This document shows, one piece after another, positions 63,274-64,000 of a stretch of 64,000 nt of DNA. The stretch comes from a virus. The notes below the pieces were generated by a model, which did no database searches, was not told where the DNA came from, and saw only the letters and a list, made by a program, of their open reading frames with translations. The first letter of the stretch is position 1; each line of letters begins with the position of its first letter. Location of the stretch: the IMG/VR virus record IMGVR_UViG_3300046660_000239, positions 3,155-67,154 of that record. The stretch is one strand, 5' to 3'. Position numbers and translations under genes: made by a program.

Positions 63274-63298
63274 GGTTGTCTCCTCTTGTGGTGGTCGG

Positions 63299-63658
63299 TT
63301 AGGCGGTGGCGTCTAATTGGTAGCGACCGTCAACAACGGCCCAAATCTTACGAACGGCGGCCGGCACCAGAACAGCTCGCTCCTTCGGCATGTGCATCAT
63401 GTGGCAGTCAGTCTCAGGCCAGCCTGTAGCCCATGACAAGGCTTGGTATGCCTCGCCCCTGCCAAGCCGGCCCGATTGCCAAAGCTGATCGAAGACGCGG
63501 TGCGCCTCCTTCCTGGCGGCATGCGTCTCGGCGTCAGCCAGCGGCTTGTTCCCCCAAGACCAGAGGCCGCAATGGTCATGCCGACGGCCGAAGCGAGTCT
63601 CGGAGCGATCGGCACGCTCGCCGCATACAGGGCATATCGGGCGCGGCTTCCTGCTCAT
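63299..63658 (-). CDS. Zn-finger-containing protein (DUF3268-like)
   Basis: CPVCG...PLAD...ARKEAHRVFD.LW...R.EAY...CH. Confidence 0.75.
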   Translation of the reverse strand: MSRKPRPICPVCGERADRSETRFGRRHDHCGLWSWGNKPLADAETHAARKEAHRVFDQLWQSGRLGRGEAYQALSWATGWPETDCHMMHMPKERAVLVPAAVRKIWAVVDGRYQLDATA

Positions 63659-64000
63659 TGCGTCGCGCCGTCGACAAAAAGTGTGCCGTCTGGACGGCGG
63701 TAGGTGATTTCTTCGCGCTCCTCGTCGACGTCCACTTGCTCAAACGGCACCATGGCTGGAATGAACAGCATCGCCGGACATGCGGCCTTTTGCTCGTTGA
63801 ACGAGATCGGCTTCGAAAACCTGGCGCAGCTCCAGTGCCCATCACCGCCCATCTCGGCAGTCGCATGGATGCACACACGGCAAGTAACGCGCGGGAAGTA
63901 TTCGCCGTGGCAGATGCCTTTATGCTTGCACATGCGGCAGCCAAAGAAGTCCGGATTTTCGGATATGCGTGACGGCGGCTCCGCCATGTTGATGATCCGC
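63655..64000 (-). CDS. C-terminal part of a Cas4-like/PD-(D/E)XK exonuclease
   Basis: CRMC....IC...CRVC.H....W.C cysteine cluster; N-terminus lies outside the window. Confidence 0.65.
   Translation of the reverse strand, partial: RIINMAEPPSRISENPDFFGCRMCKHKGICHGEYFPRVTCRVCIHATAEMGGDGHWSCARFSKPISFNEQKAACPAMLFIPAMVPFEQVDVDEEREEITYRRPDGTLFVDGATQ

Larger units (their letters stand above)
1..64000. mobile_element. Temperate siphovirus genome (alphaproteobacterial host, HK97-like head), incomplete at both window edges
   Basis: Terminase-portal-protease-capsid-tail-lysis-integrase-repressor-replication modules; the same regulatory motifs recur on both sides of the att site; no host genes. Confidence 0.95.

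Noticed and set aside
63655-64000. CRISPR-Cas locus suggested by the Cas4-like cysteine cluster
   Set aside because: No repeat-spacer array or other cas genes; it fits a solo phage exonuclease.

Overview
The whole 64 kb reads as one temperate alphaproteobacterial siphovirus genome, probably infecting Rhizobiaceae, with an HK97-type head. No host housekeeping genes are visible. The window starts inside an AAA ATPase gene and ends inside an exonuclease gene. A tRNA-Thr(GGT) 3'-half att core at about 9.02-9.07 kb has phage DNA and arm-type repeats on both sides, so it looks like an intact attP. Modules: two HTH/S24 repressors, xis/int, a long leftward accessory operon (serine protease, MotA/ExbB-like membrane module, nucleotide hydrolases), lysis, tail, head, terminase, primase/helicase replication genes, three DNA methyltransferases, two sigma-like proteins and many HNH/GIY-YIG nucleases. 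The most unusual signals are regulatory and genome-wide. (1) A structured ~200-nt candidate sRNA between the two repressors displays GUGGUG and GUCUCCUCU, complementary to a CACCAC...AGAGGAGAC leader found ahead of about 15 phage genes; several of those leaders carry an identical CCACCAA heptaloop on unrelated stems. (2) A tmRNA-tag-like ANDN peptide occurs 17 times in 15 proteins, and about 20 proteins end in Ala-Ala. (3) A palindromic ACAAATTTGT operator overlaps the TTGACA -35 box at nine sites. (4) A C5 methyltransferase contains a nested alternative-frame ORF that looks like a second subunit. All calls come from reading the sequence by eye; no searches or folding programs were run.
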